In this document: one piece after another, positions 46,137 through 57,781 of the stretch
Numbering within the stretch: the first letter of the stretch is position 1
Layout: the number at the start of each line of letters is the position of its first letter
DNA from: Parcubacteria group bacterium GW2011_GWC1_36_108
Lineage (GTDB): Bacteria; Patescibacteriota; Minisyncoccia; Moranbacterales; GWC2-37-73
Length of the DNA: 64,000 nt
Direction of reading: 5' to 3'
Assembly: GCA_000991245.1 (NCBI GenBank)
Contig: LBRD01000006.1
Location: forward strand, 103,340-167,339
The notes under the pieces: model-generated
The model's database searches: none
What the model was told of the DNA's origin: nothing
Seen by the model: only the letters and a program-made list of their open reading frames with translations
Made by a program: the position numbers and the translations under genes

Positions 46137-46385
46137 CCTAAATATTCATATTTGCCATTTTATCAGCAATAACATCTATTCTGCTCGCTATTTTAATTTT
46201 TGGCAAGACCTGTGGTGCATAAATGCCTAATTACTAATTCCCAATTTCTAATAAAATTCCCAATATCAAATTTCAAAATTTTAACATTAGAAATTTATTT
46301 TTTATTAGAAATTAGATATTAGACATTAGAAATTTGCAAATAATATATATGCAAATACATATGCAAACATCGCACTCACTTGTGA

Positions 46386-46823
46386 TTAATCTATCTTAAT
46401 ATTATGTCTGCTATGGTGTTTTCTGGCGACTCGAACGCGGGCAGATTCTTTCTCGATTGCTGCCGCTACCCTTGCATATTCCATCTCATTCATTGTTACT
46501 TTTTCTTTTTTAATTTCTTCCGCTCTCTTCCTAGCTTCTTCAGCCCGCTTCAAATCAATTTCGTCGGCTGCTTCAGCCGTGTCAGCCAGCACAACTAGCG
46601 TATTATTATTAAATTCAACAAAGCCGCTTGAAACAACCAACAAGGTTTCTTTCCCGCCCACTTTAAACATAACCTCGCCAGCTTTTAGCGATGCAATATA
46701 CGAACGATGATCCGGCATGATTGTCACTTCCCCATCAGTAACTGGAAGCGTGATCTGATCAACCTCCTGCTCGAAAAGCGTTCGTTCAGGAGTAACAATT
46801 TTGAAATTTATTTTTTTGGACAT
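46386..46823 (-). CDS. atpC: ATP synthase epsilon subunit
   Basis: 145 aa, last gene of the atp operon; N-terminal beta-sandwich pattern IVTPERTLFEQEVDQITLPVTDGEVTIMPDH. Confidence 0.85.
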   Translation of the reverse strand: MSKKINFKIVTPERTLFEQEVDQITLPVTDGEVTIMPDHRSYIASLKAGEVMFKVGGKETLLVVSSGFVEFNNNTLVVLADTAEAADEIDLKRAEEARKRAEEIKKEKVTMNEMEYARVAAAIEKESARVRVARKHHSRHNIKID

Positions 46824-46968
46824 AAATATAATAAATTAATTCCTAATTTCCAATTCCTAATTTCCAACAAAATTTCAAATACTTTTAATTTAAAATTTAT
46901 GCATTGGACATTAAGATTTTATTAGAAATTAGATATTAGATATTGGAAATTATGAAATCAAAAAATTA

Positions 46969-48351
<1,383 letters not shown>

Positions 48352-48579
48352 TTATTTATTAGGATAATTAATGTTATTTAAATTATGTTTATAATTTCGA
48401 ATTTCCAATTTTGAATTTCGAATCAATTTCTAATGCTTGAATTTTTAATGTTTCAAACATTATATCATTCAGATTTGATTCGAAATTCAAAATTCAGACT
48501 TCGAAATTGTTTCGAGAACCATGTTCTATTTGTGGCCTTTTTAAGCCCTAAACAGAATCAGAATCTCGAATTATTGTTT

Positions 48580-48645
48580 GACCTGTCGCTCGCGAGCGAC
48601 GGGTCTTGACTTTTTGGTGATTTGGGTGTATACTATACGGTTGTA
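48580..48645 (+). promoter_or_regulatory. Near-consensus sigma70 promoter (TTGACT-17-TATACT) preceded by a 26-bp GC-rich palindrome (candidate operator)
   Basis: gacctgtcgctcgcgagcgacgggtc (13-bp arms, one G-T mismatch) at 48580-48605, immediately followed by TTGACT (48606-48611), a 17-nt spacer and TATACT (48629-48634). Confidence 0.55.
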
Positions 48646-48694
48646 GTTATTTAAATAAATCGCAACAAAATTCTTTTGCAAGGGGAGTAGTGAA

Positions 48695-48919
48695 ATGAGC
48701 TCAAAACTTATTCAAGTAAATACCTACCATGTCGGTCACAATGGTGGTCCAGGTGGACCAATTAACATGCAACGCTTCATGGATCACTTCAAACTCATAT
48801 CCAAGTTTGATGAGCTCCCAAAAAGCATTAAATTAATTACTGCGGATGGGACAGAAATAGAAATCATGCCAGATGAGTCAACTGGTAATCTATGGGTTTC
48901 TATCTACACGCGCCCATAA
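48695..48919 (+). CDS. Hypothetical 74-aa protein encoded antisense within the atp operon spacer
   Basis: AAGGGGAG SD 8 nt upstream of ATG; own promoter and terminators; no recognisable domain (MSSKLIQVNTYHVGHNGGPGGPINMQRF...). Confidence 0.5.
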   Translation: MSSKLIQVNTYHVGHNGGPGGPINMQRFMDHFKLISKFDELPKSIKLITADGTEIEIMPDESTGNLWVSIYTRP

Positions 48920-48929
48920 CACCCCTTTA

Positions 48930-49028
48930 CCGCTCCGTTCCGAGATTCATTCGGAATGTGAGCGGTTTTTTTATTTTTTCCAAATTTTCAAAACTACTTT
49001 TTTTGTCATTCCGAACTTGTTTCGGAAT
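48930..49028 (+). terminator. Two consecutive stem-loops with T-tracts downstream of the 74-aa gene
   Basis: ccgctc...gagcgg with T-run (48930-48990), then ttccgaa cttgt ttcggaa (49008-49028). Confidence 0.45.
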
Positions 49029-49183
49029 CTAGAAGAGCATGAATGTTCAAGCCCGACGAGATCCTGAAACACCCGCCTCGACTCGCGAGACGATCGCTCG
49101 TCGAAGCGAGGCGGGAGTTCAGGATGACAATATATTTTAAATTTGCATTTTCCTAAGAAGCTAAAAAGCTAAAGCCTAATAAG

Positions 49184-50143
49184 CTACTCAAGGGCTGCTC
49201 TCCCTGCTGAAATCTCAGCGATTTCCTGCGTAATCTTTCCTTGTCTGATTTGGTTATATGCCAGAGTCAAATCCTCACTCATCTCTCCGGCTGCGTCGGT
49301 GGCGTTTCTCATGGCGAGCATTCGCGCAGATTGCTCGGAGGCTTGCGATTCCAAAACTGCGTGGAAAAGCTGCATCTCAATCAAACGCGGAATGATAAAT
49401 TCCAAAACCTCTTCGGGACTAGGCTCAATCTTATATTCAACCATAGGCTCTTCCAATCCATATTCTTTAGCAATAATATCCATTTCAGCAATTTGTTTTT
49501 CAATATCAATTTTTGAAATCGGCAAAACCTGACGAATTCTGGTTTGCTGATTTACAGCACTGACATAATCAGTATACACAACAACAACTTTGTCATATTT
49601 TTTTGCCAAATAATCTTCCATCACAATTTTTGAAAGTGGTTTGATGTCAGCGACAGTCGCAAATTTTCCACCATCTTCAAAAGCAGCGATGATATCTTTT
49701 TGCATTTTTTTCACCATACTCTCACCTTTTTTTCCAATCGTAATAAAATCAATCTTCAAATCTTCGTCTTTGATTTTTGATTCTATTTTCTTTTTTCCAA
49801 TACGGTTTATTTTCAATTTTTCAGGATGCAAAATTTCTTCTTTAATTTTTTTGGCAACTTGCGTGTTAAATGATCCGCAAAGTCCGCGGTTAGAAGTCAC
49901 AGCAATAATCAAAACACTTTTCACTTCGCGCACTTCCAAGAAACCATATCCTTGTGAAGATTCAAAAGCTCGCGCCAAGTTTGTCAGCACACTCCAAGCA
50001 GCATGAGCGTATGGTCTAATCCCCAGCACACTAGCCACTGCGCGCCTCATTTTTGCAGCACTAACCATCTCCATCGCTTTTGTTATCTTGCGAGTGGAGT
50101 TAATAGAGCGTATTCGTCTTTTTATGTCGAGTGATGAAGCCAT
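49184..50143 (-). CDS. atpG: ATP synthase gamma subunit
   Basis: KRRIRSINSTRKITKAMEMVSAAKMRRA N-terminal helix and C-terminal ...AQLTLEYNRARQ-like end (TLAYNQIRQGKITQEI). Confidence 0.9.
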   Translation of the reverse strand: MASSLDIKRRIRSINSTRKITKAMEMVSAAKMRRAVASVLGIRPYAHAAWSVLTNLARAFESSQGYGFLEVREVKSVLIIAVTSNRGLCGSFNTQVAKKIKEEILHPEKLKINRIGKKKIESKIKDEDLKIDFITIGKKGESMVKKMQKDIIAAFEDGGKFATVADIKPLSKIVMEDYLAKKYDKVVVVYTDYVSAVNQQTRIRQVLPISKIDIEKQIAEMDIIAKEYGLEEPMVEYKIEPSPEEVLEFIIPRLIEMQLFHAVLESQASEQSARMLAMRNATDAAGEMSEDLTLAYNQIRQGKITQEIAEISAGRAALE

Positions 50144-50275
50144 ATGTTTATATTAAATATCAAATTAAAAATAACAAATATCAAATGAATTCCAAATGCC
50201 AAATGTTTTAATTTTGTCATTTAAGAATTTAAGCATTTATTTGAAATTTTTAATTTATAATTTGAAATTCTGCTT

Positions 50276-51781
50276 TTATGTGGTCTGATATATTTCCTTA
50301 AACTCCTTAATCGCCTTTTCCAATCCCGCCACAACGTCTTCTGAAAGTTCTTTCTTTTCTGAAATTAGTGCGATCAATTCTTTAGCATTAGAATCCAAAT
50401 ATTTATGAAAATCTTTTTCCCAAGTTTTGATTTCTTCCACCGCCACATCATCCAAAAATCCATTCGTCAGTGCATACAAGATTGCAACTTGATGCTCAAC
50501 AACCATTGGTTCGTATTGTCCTTGCTTAAGAATTTCAACTGATCGTCTTCCACGTTCAATCTGAGCGCGAGTTTTTTCATCAAGATCAGAGCCGAATTGT
50601 GCAAACGCTTCAAGTTCACGAAACTGAGCAAGTTCAAGACGAATCTTTCCAGCCACTTTTTTCATAGCTTTGATTTGAGCGCTACCACCCACACGAGAAA
50701 CTGAAAGTCCCACATTTACGGCTGGACGAATTCCTTTATAGAATAAATCTGATTCCAAGAAAATTTGACCGTCAGTGATAGAAATAACATTAGTTGGAAT
50801 GTATGCACTAACATCTCCTGCTTGCGTTTCAATAATCGGAAGTGCGGTCATTGAACCACCACCGAAGTCTTCATTAAGTTTCGCACTTCTTTCCAAGAGT
50901 CGTGAATGCAAATAAAAAACATCTCCTGGATATGCTTCGCGTCCCGGTGGACGTTTCAAAATCAAAGAAATCTGACGATATGCCCAAGCGTGACGAGAAA
51001 GATCATCGAACACGATCAAAACATCCTCTCCTTTGTCCATAAAATATTCTCCAAGCGCGCAACCAGAATATGGAGAAATGTATGAAAGCGCTGAAGATTC
51101 AGATGCTCCTGCTACCACAATAGTTGTATATTCCATTGCTCCACGTTTTTCAAGTTCTCCCAAAATACGTGCAATCTTTGATTCTTTCTGACCAATCGCC
51201 ACATAAATACATTTCATGTTCTGACCTTTTTGATTGATAATGGTATCAATTGCAATCGCAGTCTTTCCAGTTTGACGATCACCAATAATAAGTTCGCGTT
51301 GTCCGCGTCCAATTGGAATCATCGCATCGATAGCTTTAATTCCAGTCTGTACCGGCTGATGAACTGATTTACGAGTAATAACGCCAGGTGCAATTTTTTC
51401 TACAGGATAAAATTTATCAGCTGCAATATCGCCTTTTCCATCTACTGGAATTCCAAGCGGATTAATAACACGTCCGATCATTGCATCAGACACTGGAATT
51501 GAAAGAACTTTGCCCGTGGCTTTAACCTCATCACCTTCTTTGATTCCAGTATAATTTCCGAGCACAATTACACCCACGCGATCTTCTTCAAGATTAAGCG
51601 CCACGCCGATTTCCCCATTTGGGAATTCAACCATTTCTGATGCCATAAGCTCTGAAAGTCCAGAAACACGAGCAACACCGTCACCCATTTCAATAACTTT
51701 CCCAACTTTTTCAGTCGAAGTTTCAGTTTTGAATCCTTCGATTTGCTTTTTTAATTGTTCGATAATGAAATCTTTGTTCAT
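50276..51781 (-). CDS. atpA: ATP synthase alpha subunit
   Basis: [19 protein letters not shown] Walker A; 501 aa. Confidence 0.95.
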   Translation of the reverse strand: MNKDFIIEQLKKQIEGFKTETSTEKVGKVIEMGDGVARVSGLSELMASEMVEFPNGEIGVALNLEEDRVGVIVLGNYTGIKEGDEVKATGKVLSIPVSDAMIGRVINPLGIPVDGKGDIAADKFYPVEKIAPGVITRKSVHQPVQTGIKAIDAMIPIGRGQRELIIGDRQTGKTAIAIDTIINQKGQNMKCIYVAIGQKESKIARILGELEKRGAMEYTTIVVAGASESSALSYISPYSGCALGEYFMDKGEDVLIVFDDLSRHAWAYRQISLILKRPPGREAYPGDVFYLHSRLLERSAKLNEDFGGGSMTALPIIETQAGDVSAYIPTNVISITDGQIFLESDLFYKGIRPAVNVGLSVSRVGGSAQIKAMKKVAGKIRLELAQFRELEAFAQFGSDLDEKTRAQIERGRRSVEILKQGQYEPMVVEHQVAILYALTNGFLDDVAVEEIKTWEKDFHKYLDSNAKELIALISEKKELSEDVVAGLEKAIKEFKEIYQTT

Positions 51782-51870
51782 AATATATAGTTATAAAGTT
51801 TATAAGGTTTTTAAAGTTTATAAAGTAAAATACATCCACACTTTACGAACTTTATGAACTTTACGAACTT

Positions 51871-52287
51871 TTAACTTATTAATTTATTTTTCAAATTAGT
51901 TAATTGTTTTTTCACACTACCATCTATAATATCATCATTAATCTTGATTATAATTCCTCCTTGAATCTTTTCATCAATAACATTCTTGATCTCCACAACT
52001 TTAGCTGAATATTTTTCTTTCACAAATTTTTCAATTTTCTCTTTCATTTCGTGTTCAATTTTTTCCTTTGTCACAACTTCGGCCACAATTATTCCATTTG
52101 CAGCATTATATAATTCGCCAAATTTTTCCATTATTTTTCCAGCATTTTTCAATTGTCCGTCAGCCTTCAATTGCTGCGCAAATTTTTTCACAATAACTAA
52201 AAGCTCCTGCTCGGATTTTCCGTCGGTCATTTCAAAAAGTGTTTGGGAATATTGCTTAATGGATACTTTCATTTTTGTGAATATCAA
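51871..52287 (-). CDS. atpH: ATP synthase delta (OSCP) subunit
   Basis: 138-aa helical protein between atpF and atpA; weak OSCP-like C-terminus. Confidence 0.65.
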   Translation of the reverse strand: MIFTKMKVSIKQYSQTLFEMTDGKSEQELLVIVKKFAQQLKADGQLKNAGKIMEKFGELYNAANGIIVAEVVTKEKIEHEMKEKIEKFVKEKYSAKVVEIKNVIDEKIQGGIIIKINDDIIDGSVKKQLTNLKNKLIS

Positions 52288-52391
52288 ATTTCAAATTAAA
52301 AATTCCAAATCAATTATTAAATTTCTTAATTACAAATTTCAAACATTTGGCATTTGAAATTCATTTGATATTTGTAATTTGTTATTTTTAA

Positions 52392-52880
52392 TTATCTGAT
52401 TGCTTTTGCAATTAAATCAGTGTCTTTCTCACTTGTCATTTTTTCATCAATAAGTTTTCTGGTTGCTGCCACCACCAATTCAGCGATTTGCCCTTTCACT
52501 TCTTGCATCATTTGATTTTTTTCTAATTCAATCTTTTTTGCACTGTCAGCAAGAATTTTTTCAGCTTGCGCTTTTGCCTCAACCACAATTTCTTCCTTGT
52601 TTTTTACAGCCACAGCCTCGGCTTTAGCCACAATTTCTTGCGCAGTTTTTCGAGCCTCAACCAAAACTTCCTTTTCCTTCTGCGTAATTTCAGCGAGCCT
52701 TTTCTGCGATTCTTCTGCGTCTGCAATTCCTTTTTCAATTTTTTCACTGCGCTCATTCATCAATTTCATCATTGGACCATAAGCATAACGCTTAAGCACA
52801 AATAAAACGATGGCAAAGTTTACCAACTGCGCAATGATTAATTTAATGTCGATGTGAAATGTTGAGATTAGTTCTTGCAT
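52392..52880 (-). CDS. atpF: ATP synthase b subunit
   Basis: Single N-terminal TM then long charged coiled coil (AEAE/KAQAE repeats). Confidence 0.75.
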   Translation of the reverse strand: MQELISTFHIDIKLIIAQLVNFAIVLFVLKRYAYGPMMKLMNERSEKIEKGIADAEESQKRLAEITQKEKEVLVEARKTAQEIVAKAEAVAVKNKEEIVVEAKAQAEKILADSAKKIELEKNQMMQEVKGQIAELVVAATRKLIDEKMTSEKDTDLIAKAIR

Positions 52881-53058
52881 AAAATTTTGTAATTTTGTAA
52901 TTTTGTAATTTTTAAATAATGTCCTAATTTCTAATTTTTAAAAATTATAATTTAAGATTTATTTATAAAATTTAAAAATTAAAAATTTGAAATTGCTATT
53001 TTATAATATTCTCATCTCGACTTCCTATTTCTAAGAAGCCGAATGAAAACACTAATAA

Positions 53059-53373
<315 letters not shown>

Positions 53374-53450
53374 TTAATTTCTTAAATTCTGAATTGCATT
53401 TTTGAATTTGTATTTTGCATTCTGCATTTCCTACAACCTAATTCCTGCTC

Positions 53451-54320
53451 CTAATGCTCTTCTGCTGTCGTTGCTATACTCATAAACGCCAAAGTCAAAA
53501 TTGCAAACACTAGAGCCTGCACTATTCCAACTATCAATTCCAAAAACATAAACGGGATTGGCAGCAGGAATGCAGAAATGGCCATCATTGAAGCTAGCAA
53601 AACTTCTCCTGCAAAAATATTTCCAAAAAGTCGAAGACTAAGCGATGCAATCTTGGCGATTTCCCCTACCACCTCAATCAAACCTACGAAAGCTTTGATT
53701 GGATTTACCATTATCAAAATCGGTTCTTTGCGTCCCTTTTTGAAAATTTGCAAAAATGCTTTGATGTTAAAAAATTTATTGAAATGATTCCAAGCTCCAA
53801 CCCAAACAACACCCAGAATGTGCGAAAGAATCACTGCAAAAAGTGAAATTGCTAAGGTTGTGTTAAGGTCAGCTGTAGCGCCGCGTAAAAATGGAATGAA
53901 AACTTTTCCGTGTGCGCCTGTCTCCACAAATCCAATCGTACCAACTCCCGGAAGAAGTCCTAACCAATTGTTTACCAAAATAAACAAGAATAGTGACAAT
54001 ACTACTGGCAAAAATTTTCCTGTTTTTTTGCGAGAACCAGTGACACTATCAGCCAAATTCAAGGCTTGTTCTAAAAGAATTTCAAAAATATTTTGCACAC
54101 CAGACATTTTCTTTGTTTTTTTGCTAGCCTTTTTACCAACAAGCACAAAAAAAGTCACCAAAATGGCAACTGTGATCCAACTCATAACAAGCGAATTTGT
54201 GATTGTAAAATTTCCCACATGCAAAATCGGCTCAGCGAACAAGGTTGATTCTGTTTGAATCTCCTGAGAAGGTTGTGTATTATTTTGTGTTGATAACTCC
54301 GACATCAATTTCTGAACCAC
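53451..54320 (-). CDS. atpB: ATP synthase a subunit
   Basis: VNNWLGLLPGVGTIGF and the conserved Arg-containing TM4 region (ASLSLRLFGNIFAGE). Confidence 0.85.
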   Translation of the reverse strand: MVQKLMSELSTQNNTQPSQEIQTESTLFAEPILHVGNFTITNSLVMSWITVAILVTFFVLVGKKASKKTKKMSGVQNIFEILLEQALNLADSVTGSRKKTGKFLPVVLSLFLFILVNNWLGLLPGVGTIGFVETGAHGKVFIPFLRGATADLNTTLAISLFAVILSHILGVVWVGAWNHFNKFFNIKAFLQIFKKGRKEPILIMVNPIKAFVGLIEVVGEIAKIASLSLRLFGNIFAGEVLLASMMAISAFLLPIPFMFLELIVGIVQALVFAILTLAFMSIATTAEEH

Positions 54321-54409
54321 TGATTAGCACTTGATTATCCTGATTGCACATGATTTTTTTATCAGTGAAATCATGTGCGTTCATGTGATAATCAGTGGTT
54401 CTGATTATT
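54321..54409 (-). promoter_or_regulatory. Nested perfect hairpins between atpZ and atpB (candidate processing or attenuation structure)
   Basis: Outer arms gaaccactgatta / taatcagtggttc (13 bp) enclose the inner perfect 10-bp hairpin gcacatgatt / aatcatgtgc. Confidence 0.4.
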
Positions 54410-54643
54410 TTATTTCTTGCTCATTTCTTTTAAACCAATCCTAACCAGCATTACTATCGAGATTATAAATGAAATTGAAACACTTGCCAACATTAGCCAT
54501 GGCTGCGAATGAAAAACTCGATCAAGATATTTTCCAATGATAACGGCAATTACTACCGGAATAGCAATCCAAGCGCTTAGCCTTGTGAAAAGCACAAGCC
54601 CAGGTTGCCACCATGGAATTTTTGGATTTTTCTGCTCTTCCAT
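54410..54643 (-). CDS. AtpZ/AtpI-like small membrane protein preceding atpB
   Basis: 77 aa, two TM helices, position immediately upstream of atpB. Confidence 0.5.
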   Translation of the reverse strand: MEEQKNPKIPWWQPGLVLFTRLSAWIAIPVVIAVIIGKYLDRVFHSQPWLMLASVSISFIISIVMLVRIGLKEMSKK

Positions 54644-54796
54644 TTATGTTAGCTTTTTAAACACCACGCTATCCATTATCTCGCTAAATTTGCTTTACGT
54701 CAAGCAAAATCGACCAAACATTGACATAATAAACATATTATGCCACAATAATGTACTGACAACGTCAGATATTCTTTAACAAAAGGAGCAGGCCAA

Positions 54797-55018
54797 ATGA
54801 GAACATACGCCAAAAAGGGCTTCCGGATACTGACCTTTATTGTCTCATCATGGATTTTCATTTCACTTATAATTGCTGCAACGATAAGATATGCCAACAC
54901 AAGAATTACCGGAATAACAATGACGTTGTTTGCTGCTTTTATGCTCGTACAATGCACATTTATAGTTTTTTTATTCACAATTTGGCTACAAAATAAATTA
55001 AAGGGAAGGAGGATCTGA
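54797..55018 (+). CDS. Hypothetical small membrane protein (2 TM)
   Basis: AAAGGAGCAGG SD 7 nt upstream of ATG; preferred over the overlapping minus-strand ORF 54700..54978, which lacks an SD. Confidence 0.45.
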   Translation: MRTYAKKGFRILTFIVSSWIFISLIIAATIRYANTRITGITMTLFAAFMLVQCTFIVFLFTIWLQNKLKGRRI

Positions 55019-55097
55019 TGGAAACAATGTGAAATAAAAAATTAAAATGTTCCGTATCGATAGCTCTTTATTCTTTAATTTCAAAAGGAGGCACAAA

Positions 55098-55304
55098 ATG
55101 AATTCGGTTGCAATCATAGACGCTATAAGCCCAAAACTCTTAAACGACCACTACCACGATTGGCAAAAAGAAAACCCAGATGAAATAATAACTAGCACAA
55201 AATGTACTTCTGTTCTTATTGGCACTGGCTCTTATCCTGGAATTTCTCAACATTTCATTTTTATTTTCTACAAGAAAAAGACTCTGCCAACAAAAATCGG
55301 CTAA
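55098..55304 (+). CDS. Hypothetical 68-aa protein
   Basis: AAAGGAGG SD 6 nt upstream of ATG (MNSVAIIDAIS...); followed by an intrinsic terminator. Confidence 0.45.
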   Translation: MNSVAIIDAISPKLLNDHYHDWQKENPDEIITSTKCTSVLIGTGSYPGISQHFIFIFYKKKTLPTKIG

Positions 55305-55324
55305 ATTTTCTAAAAATAAAGCAA

Positions 55325-55365
55325 CTCAACAAAAACCGCTGCGCAGAAACATCGCGCAGCGTTTT
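55325..55365 (+). terminator. Rho-independent terminator (gctgcgc agaaacat gcgcagc + T8)
   Basis: 7-bp GC stem followed by tttttttt. Confidence 0.6.
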
Positions 55366-55430
55366 TTTTCTTTTTTGTGTCATCCTGAACGAAGTGAAGG
55401 ATCCCTGGCGCTATATCACAAAACTTTCTA

Positions 55431-55721
55431 CTACAAATATCCCTCGAGCAGATCTTTAAATTCAACATTATTCCTTTTAATAAGATCAATTTTCTTTTGT
55501 CGCGTCCAACCCTTTATCCTTTTTTCAGCTACGATCGTATCCATAGCTGTGGAAAAATTTTCATAGAAAACCAATTTATCCACATTGTATTTTTTTGTAA
55601 ATCCTTCAACTTCCTTATTTTTGTGCTGAAAAATTCTACCTACAAGATTACTCGTCATACCAGTATAAAAAACTGTATTGTTTTTATTTGTGACAATATA
55701 TACACAGAATACTTTTTCCAT
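55431..55721 (-). CDS. GIY-YIG nuclease-superfamily protein (YhbQ-like)
   Basis: FCVYIVTNKNNTVFYTGMTSNLVGRIFQHK: GIY...YTG motif and catalytic R/H. Confidence 0.8.
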   Translation of the reverse strand: MEKVFCVYIVTNKNNTVFYTGMTSNLVGRIFQHKNKEVEGFTKKYNVDKLVFYENFSTAMDTIVAEKRIKGWTRQKKIDLIKRNNVEFKDLLEGYL

Positions 55722-55775
55722 ATTAATGTGAATAATATTATTTTGTGCTTTTAAGTAAGGGATTCTTCGCTATGC

Positions 55776-56618
55776 TCAGAATGACAGATAGAGAACTTTT
55801 TTTGCATTTTGTGATGTTGCTTGCGCAACATCTTCAAGCATCACACCTTTCACGTCGGCGATTTTTTGGGCCACCTCTTTGACAAAAAGTGGTTCGTTGC
55901 GGATTCCTTTTTCTAAGGGTCGCGGAGTCAAATAAGGGCAATCAGTTTCAATGACAATATTTTTTAAATCAATTTCTTTGATTAAGCGGTCATAACTTTC
56001 GCCATAGGTAATAATTCCATTTAGTCCAATTTTATACCCAAGTTCAATAAATTTGTTGGCAGTTTTATATGACCCAATAAAGCTGTGCACTATTCCCCTT
56101 TTCTCCACTGGATGGGTTTGCAAAATATCCAAAAGGTCATCATAACCATCCCAACAATGCAGCATTACTGGTTTTTGCACTTCGTTAGCTAATTTTATAA
56201 ATTCAATCAAAGTTTCTTTTTGCAGATTTTTCAAAAATTCCACATCATCATCTTCAGTAAAATGATGATAATCTAAACCAATTTCACCAATCGCTACAAC
56301 TTTTTCATCCTTGGCTAATTCTAAATATTTTTGATAATCAAGTTGTTCGCCTGTTGTTGGAATTTCCTCTTCGGTAAGTTCCTCGGGATCGTGATGAGTA
56401 AAACTCCCCTTTTTTAAATGCACAGGATGGATGCCGACCGCAGCATATATACCAGATTCAAATTTGTGCGCGTATTCAACTGCGCGTTTGCTGGTTGAAT
56501 ATTGCGAACCAACATTAACCACATTCATACCATCTTTAAGACAACGACGGAGTACATCTTCCCCGTCGTCTTTATATGCATTGAAATTTGTATGAGCATG
56601 GGTATCGAAAAGATTCAT
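55776..56618 (-). CDS. tatD: TatD-family metal-dependent DNase/hydrolase
   Basis: MNLFDTHAHTNF N-terminal HxH and conserved internal His/Asp positions. Confidence 0.9.
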   Translation of the reverse strand: MNLFDTHAHTNFNAYKDDGEDVLRRCLKDGMNVVNVGSQYSTSKRAVEYAHKFESGIYAAVGIHPVHLKKGSFTHHDPEELTEEEIPTTGEQLDYQKYLELAKDEKVVAIGEIGLDYHHFTEDDDVEFLKNLQKETLIEFIKLANEVQKPVMLHCWDGYDDLLDILQTHPVEKRGIVHSFIGSYKTANKFIELGYKIGLNGIITYGESYDRLIKEIDLKNIVIETDCPYLTPRPLEKGIRNEPLFVKEVAQKIADVKGVMLEDVAQATSQNAKKVLYLSF

Positions 56619-56623
56619 AAAAA

Positions 56624-57214
56624 CTATATTTCTTTAAGCTTGTTTCTTATTTCTTCCAATTTTGCAGCCGTATCCTCCTGGATTTCAGATAATGCATTAA
56701 TGCTGCCTATTTTAACCACGGGACTAAATGTGCCATCCTCTTGAGCCATATGATACCTTAAAACATATTTTTCCATCAGCTCATCGTATTTTATGGGATT
56801 TTTGTCTATTTTTATACGTTCTATTTCATCAGCTCTGTTTTTAGCAACCATAACGGAACCCTCATAAACCTTTTCATTCTTTTCACCTGAATCTTTTTTT
56901 GGAATTTCTTTACCAAGATGATAATGTTTCACTAATGAATCAATAATTTCTGCTTGTTTTTCTTCTTCACCTGACAATTTTTCTAATAGTTTTTGCACAC
57001 CCTCCTCTCCTAAACTTTCAATTCCCAAAAGAGTCACGTTGTTTTTTATACGCAAAAAATTATCCCCTTCAAGGATTTTTTCTATTCCCACACACTCCTT
57101 TGTTGGATGATTTCCGCGACACAGACCGCAAGAAATTCTTTCTACTTTTTTAATATTCAATCCCTCTTCCCCTTTTTCACCTGCCAAGCCTAGCATCTCA
57201 TGAGAATACACCAT
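56624..57214 (-). CDS. Hypothetical protein with CxxC...HPTKEC putative zinc knuckle
   Basis: 196-aa ORF between tatD and the YtoQ-like gene; no confident family. Confidence 0.45.
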   Translation of the reverse strand: MVYSHEMLGLAGEKGEEGLNIKKVERISCGLCRGNHPTKECVGIEKILEGDNFLRIKNNVTLLGIESLGEEGVQKLLEKLSGEEEKQAEIIDSLVKHYHLGKEIPKKDSGEKNEKVYEGSVMVAKNRADEIERIKIDKNPIKYDELMEKYVLRYHMAQEDGTFSPVVKIGSINALSEIQEDTAAKLEEIRNKLKEI

Positions 57215-57247
57215 AATTTTATTGTTACAATTAAAAAAACAAACAGA

Positions 57248-57643
57248 TCATTTTATATCGTTCAAATTGCCGTTAAGCACGATTGGACTCATAGCCATAA
57301 TTTCATCCTTATAAGTCACTTCTGGAATACCTTGGAGTAAATATATTTTTTTGCCGAGAGCGTGAGCAAAGCCCATTTCAAGAAAAGAGCTTCCACTTAT
57401 ATAGTCTTCCTTACCATCTTTCAATGATTTATTAAGAACCAGCAAAGCATCAGAAGTTTTAAGCTTTTCAAAGAAAGATGCTCTATTTTCCTCTTTCTTT
57501 GCTTCATCCTTTTCTGACAATTGATCCAAAAACTCAAAAGTTGGGACAACTTCATAACCCTTGTTCTCCAATTCTTCTTGAACTTCCATGATGTCTGGCA
57601 ACATATAGACATTGCCGCTGATTGCAATTTTCATAAGATTCAT
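57248..57643 (-). CDS. YtoQ / nucleoside 2-deoxyribosyltransferase-like Rossmann protein
   Basis: MKIAISGNVY...LLVLNKSLKDGKEDYISGSSFLEMGFAHALGKKIYLL pattern. Start moved downstream of the start-box repeat at 57640-57700; the track ORF extends to 57775. Confidence 0.55.
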   Translation of the reverse strand: MNLMKIAISGNVYMLPDIMEVQEELENKGYEVVPTFEFLDQLSEKDEAKKEENRASFFEKLKTSDALLVLNKSLKDGKEDYISGSSFLEMGFAHALGKKIYLLQGIPEVTYKDEIMAMSPIVLNGNLNDIK

Positions 57644-57781
57644 GAAACATATAACATATAGCATACAACATAGAAAAGCCGCTACATCATACCTGCATAT
57701 TACAATTTCATTTAAAATTATTCCTAAAAATAGTACTGCAATTAGATACAAATTGACAACAAATTTATTCCTCAACGGTGT

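Noticed and set aside
54700-54978. Minus-strand ORF 54700..54978 (92 aa)
   Set aside because: Overlaps the plus-strand 54797..55018 ORF, which has a proper SD. The minus ORF has none and would have to read through the atpZ region from an AT-rich stretch.
55375-55410. 12-mer gtcatcctgaac shared with the GC-rich hairpin at 49113-49124 as evidence of another repeat family
   Set aside because: Only a single short word is shared; could be chance. Noted but not called.
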